A stretch of 64,000 nucleotides of DNA from an uncultured Gemmatimonadales bacterium. Its GTDB lineage: Bacteria; Gemmatimonadota; Gemmatimonadetes; Gemmatimonadales; Gemmatimonadaceae. Below are positions 62,260-64,000 of the stretch, in pieces. Each line of letters begins with the position of its first letter. Position 1 is the first letter of the stretch. The DNA lies in NCBI GenBank assembly GCA_963701965.1, contig OY969695.1, positions 448,001 to 512,000 on the forward strand, given 5' to 3'. A program made the translations under genes and the position numbers. Below the pieces are notes generated by a model. That model did no database searches and was not told the DNA's origin. It was given only the letters and a program-made list of their open reading frames with translations.

Positions 62260-64000
62260 ATGGCGCGGACCGGCGCACTGGTGCTGGCGGCCGTTGGCGT
62301 GGTGGTCGCCTGCTCGGAGGCGACCACCAGCCCGAATGCGCATGGCATCGCCGACGTCATCATGTCCCCGGACAGTCTGGCGATCGCCGTCGGCGACGTC
62401 GTCACCATCCAGGCACGCCCGGTAACCGCCAGCGGCGCAACCGTGGACAGTGCCCCGCTCTTCTGGTCGACCAGCGACTCCCTGATCGCCACCGTCGACC
62501 AGCACGGCGTCGTCACCGCCTTGGGGCTCGGCGCCGTCAACATCGACGCCAGCTCGGCCGGCGTGTCGCCCAAGCACCCGACGCGCCTGGTCGTCGGGCA
62601 GGTTCCCGTCGCGTCGATCGTGGTCGCGCCCACCGGGGCCACGCTCCGCGTCGGCGCCGCGTTCCAGTTCTCCGACACCACCAAGGACGCCGATGGGAAC
62701 GTCATCACCGGACGCGTCGTCTCCTGGGCCACGAGCGACTCGGCCGTGGCCTCCGTCGATCAGTCCGGGTTCGTGCTGGCCAAAAAGACGGGATCGACGA
62801 CGATCAGCGCCAGCGCCGGCAATGCAAAAGCGACCGCGACCGTGACCGTGAGCCGCACGCGCGTCGCCAAGGTCATCATCGCCCCGACCCAGCCGAACGT
62901 GGTCAATGGCGAACAGACCCAGCTGTCCGCGACAACCGAAGACTCGGCCGGCAATGTCCTGGTCGGGCGGGCGGTGAGCTGGGCGTCGTCGGAGGCCACG
63001 ATCGCCACCATCGACCAGACCGGCACGGTGACCGGCAAGAAACCCGGCAGCGTCACCATCACCGCCACCAGCGAGAGCGCGTCGAGCGCGACCACCCTCA
63101 CCGTCCAATCGGTACCCGTGGACGCCGTCGCCATCTCGCCAGGCGCGTCGACGCTCCACGTCGGGCAGACCATCACCCTGACCGCGGTCGTCACGGACAA
63201 AGCCGGCAAACCCGTCTCCGGCGCAACGGTGGCGTTCGCCAGCGCCGCGCCGGCCGTGGCGACGGTCGCGTCGACCGGCCCGCTGACCGCGACCGTCACC
63301 GCGGTCGCCAGCGGGCACGCGCAGATCACCGGTACCAACGGCACCAAGACCGGGACGGCGACGGTGACCGTCACTCCCGTCCCCGTGGGCTCGGTCACCG
63401 TGGCGCCCGCCAACGAGCGGATCACCGTCGGCGCCACGGTCCAACTGAACGCCACGATAAAAGACTCGACCGGCAAGGTCGAGAAGAACCCCACCGTGAC
63501 GTGGTCGACCAGCAACGCGGCCGTGGCCGCCGTGTCGCCCGCGGGACTCGTCAACGCCTCCGGCGTGGGTAGCGCCGTCATCACGGCCACGAGCGGCGGC
63601 CAACTCGGGTTCGCCACTGTCACCGTCGCCCCGGTCCCCGTCGGTTCCGTCACCGTGACCCCCAAGCGCGACACCGTCGCCGTCCACGCCCAGCAGCAGC
63701 TCAACGTCCGCGTCGTCGACTCGCTCGGACGCGCCATCGCGAACCCGGCCGTCACTTGGTCGTCCACGAACAACGCGGTCGCCGTGGTCTCGAGCACGGG
63801 CCTCGTACTCGGGCTGGGCGCCGGCACGTCGCGCATCATCGCCCAGAGTGGCGCCAAGGCCGACACGAATACGACGGTCGTCATCGCGCCCGTCACCAGT
63901 GTCGTCGTCACGCCCGCTGCCGATACGCTCTTCGCCGCCGCCCCGGGCAATGCCGTGACACTGGCCGCGAAAACCACCCCCGCGGGCACCGCCGTCACGT
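62260..64000 (+). CDS. Lipoprotein with tandem bacterial Ig-like (Big_2) domains, runs off the window
   Basis: MARTGALVLAAVGVVVAC lipobox; repeated W.S....VA.V...G.V units; absent from the ORF track because it has no stop in the window. Confidence 0.88.
   Translation, partial: MARTGALVLAAVGVVVACSEATTSPNAHGIADVIMSPDSLAIAVGDVVTIQARPVTASGATVDSAPLFWSTSDSLIATVDQHGVVTALGLGAVNIDASSAGVSPKHPTRLVVGQVPVASIVVAPTGATLRVGAAFQFSDTTKDADGNVITGRVVSWATSDSAVASVDQSGFVLAKKTGSTTISASAGNAKATATVTVSRTRVAKVIIAPTQPNVVNGEQTQLSATTEDSAGNVLVGRAVSWASSEATIATIDQTGTVTGKKPGSVTITATSESASSATTLTVQSVPVDAVAISPGASTLHVGQTITLTAVVTDKAGKPVSGATVAFASAAPAVATVASTGPLTATVTAVASGHAQITGTNGTKTGTATVTVTPVPVGSVTVAPANERITVGATVQLNATIKDSTGKVEKNPTVTWSTSNAAVAAVSPAGLVNASGVGSAVITATSGGQLGFATVTVAPVPVGSVTVTPKRDTVAVHAQQQLNVRVVDSLGRAIANPAVTWSSTNNAVAVVSSTGLVLGLGAGTSRIIAQSGAKADTNTTVVIAPVTSVVVTPAADTLFAAAPGNAVTLAAKTTPAGTAVT

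Overview
GC-rich bacterial DNA. The gene content (ECF sigma plus Ser/Thr kinase pair, ADOP permease, Ig-repeat lipoprotein, TPR-HD-GYP) suggests Gemmatimonadota or Acidobacteriota; this is an inference. 1-28.6 kb holds an EF-G paralog, a signalling cluster, stress/redox genes and a multicopper-oxidase/LVIVD/DUF305 block, of which about 3.5 kb is dense in indels. 28.8-43.2 kb is the best candidate for an undescribed system: a tightly coupled operon of an M14 zinc carboxypeptidase (with a pro-domain-like upstream ORF), a ~1140-aa beta-rich DUF6603-like protein and three large uncharacterised proteins (1032, 1516 and 576 aa), none with a visible signal peptide. 44.2-62.2 kb is an accessory region around two tRNA-Ser genes. 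It has nested toxin-antitoxin modules, repeated copies of the tRNA-Ser(CGA) 5' end plus upstream DNA, several intact/relic gene pairs, a kinase-ADOP permease fusion and an apparently catalytically dead alpha/beta hydrolase. I saw no integrase, CRISPR array or rRNA. Family names come from motif recognition, not database searches.
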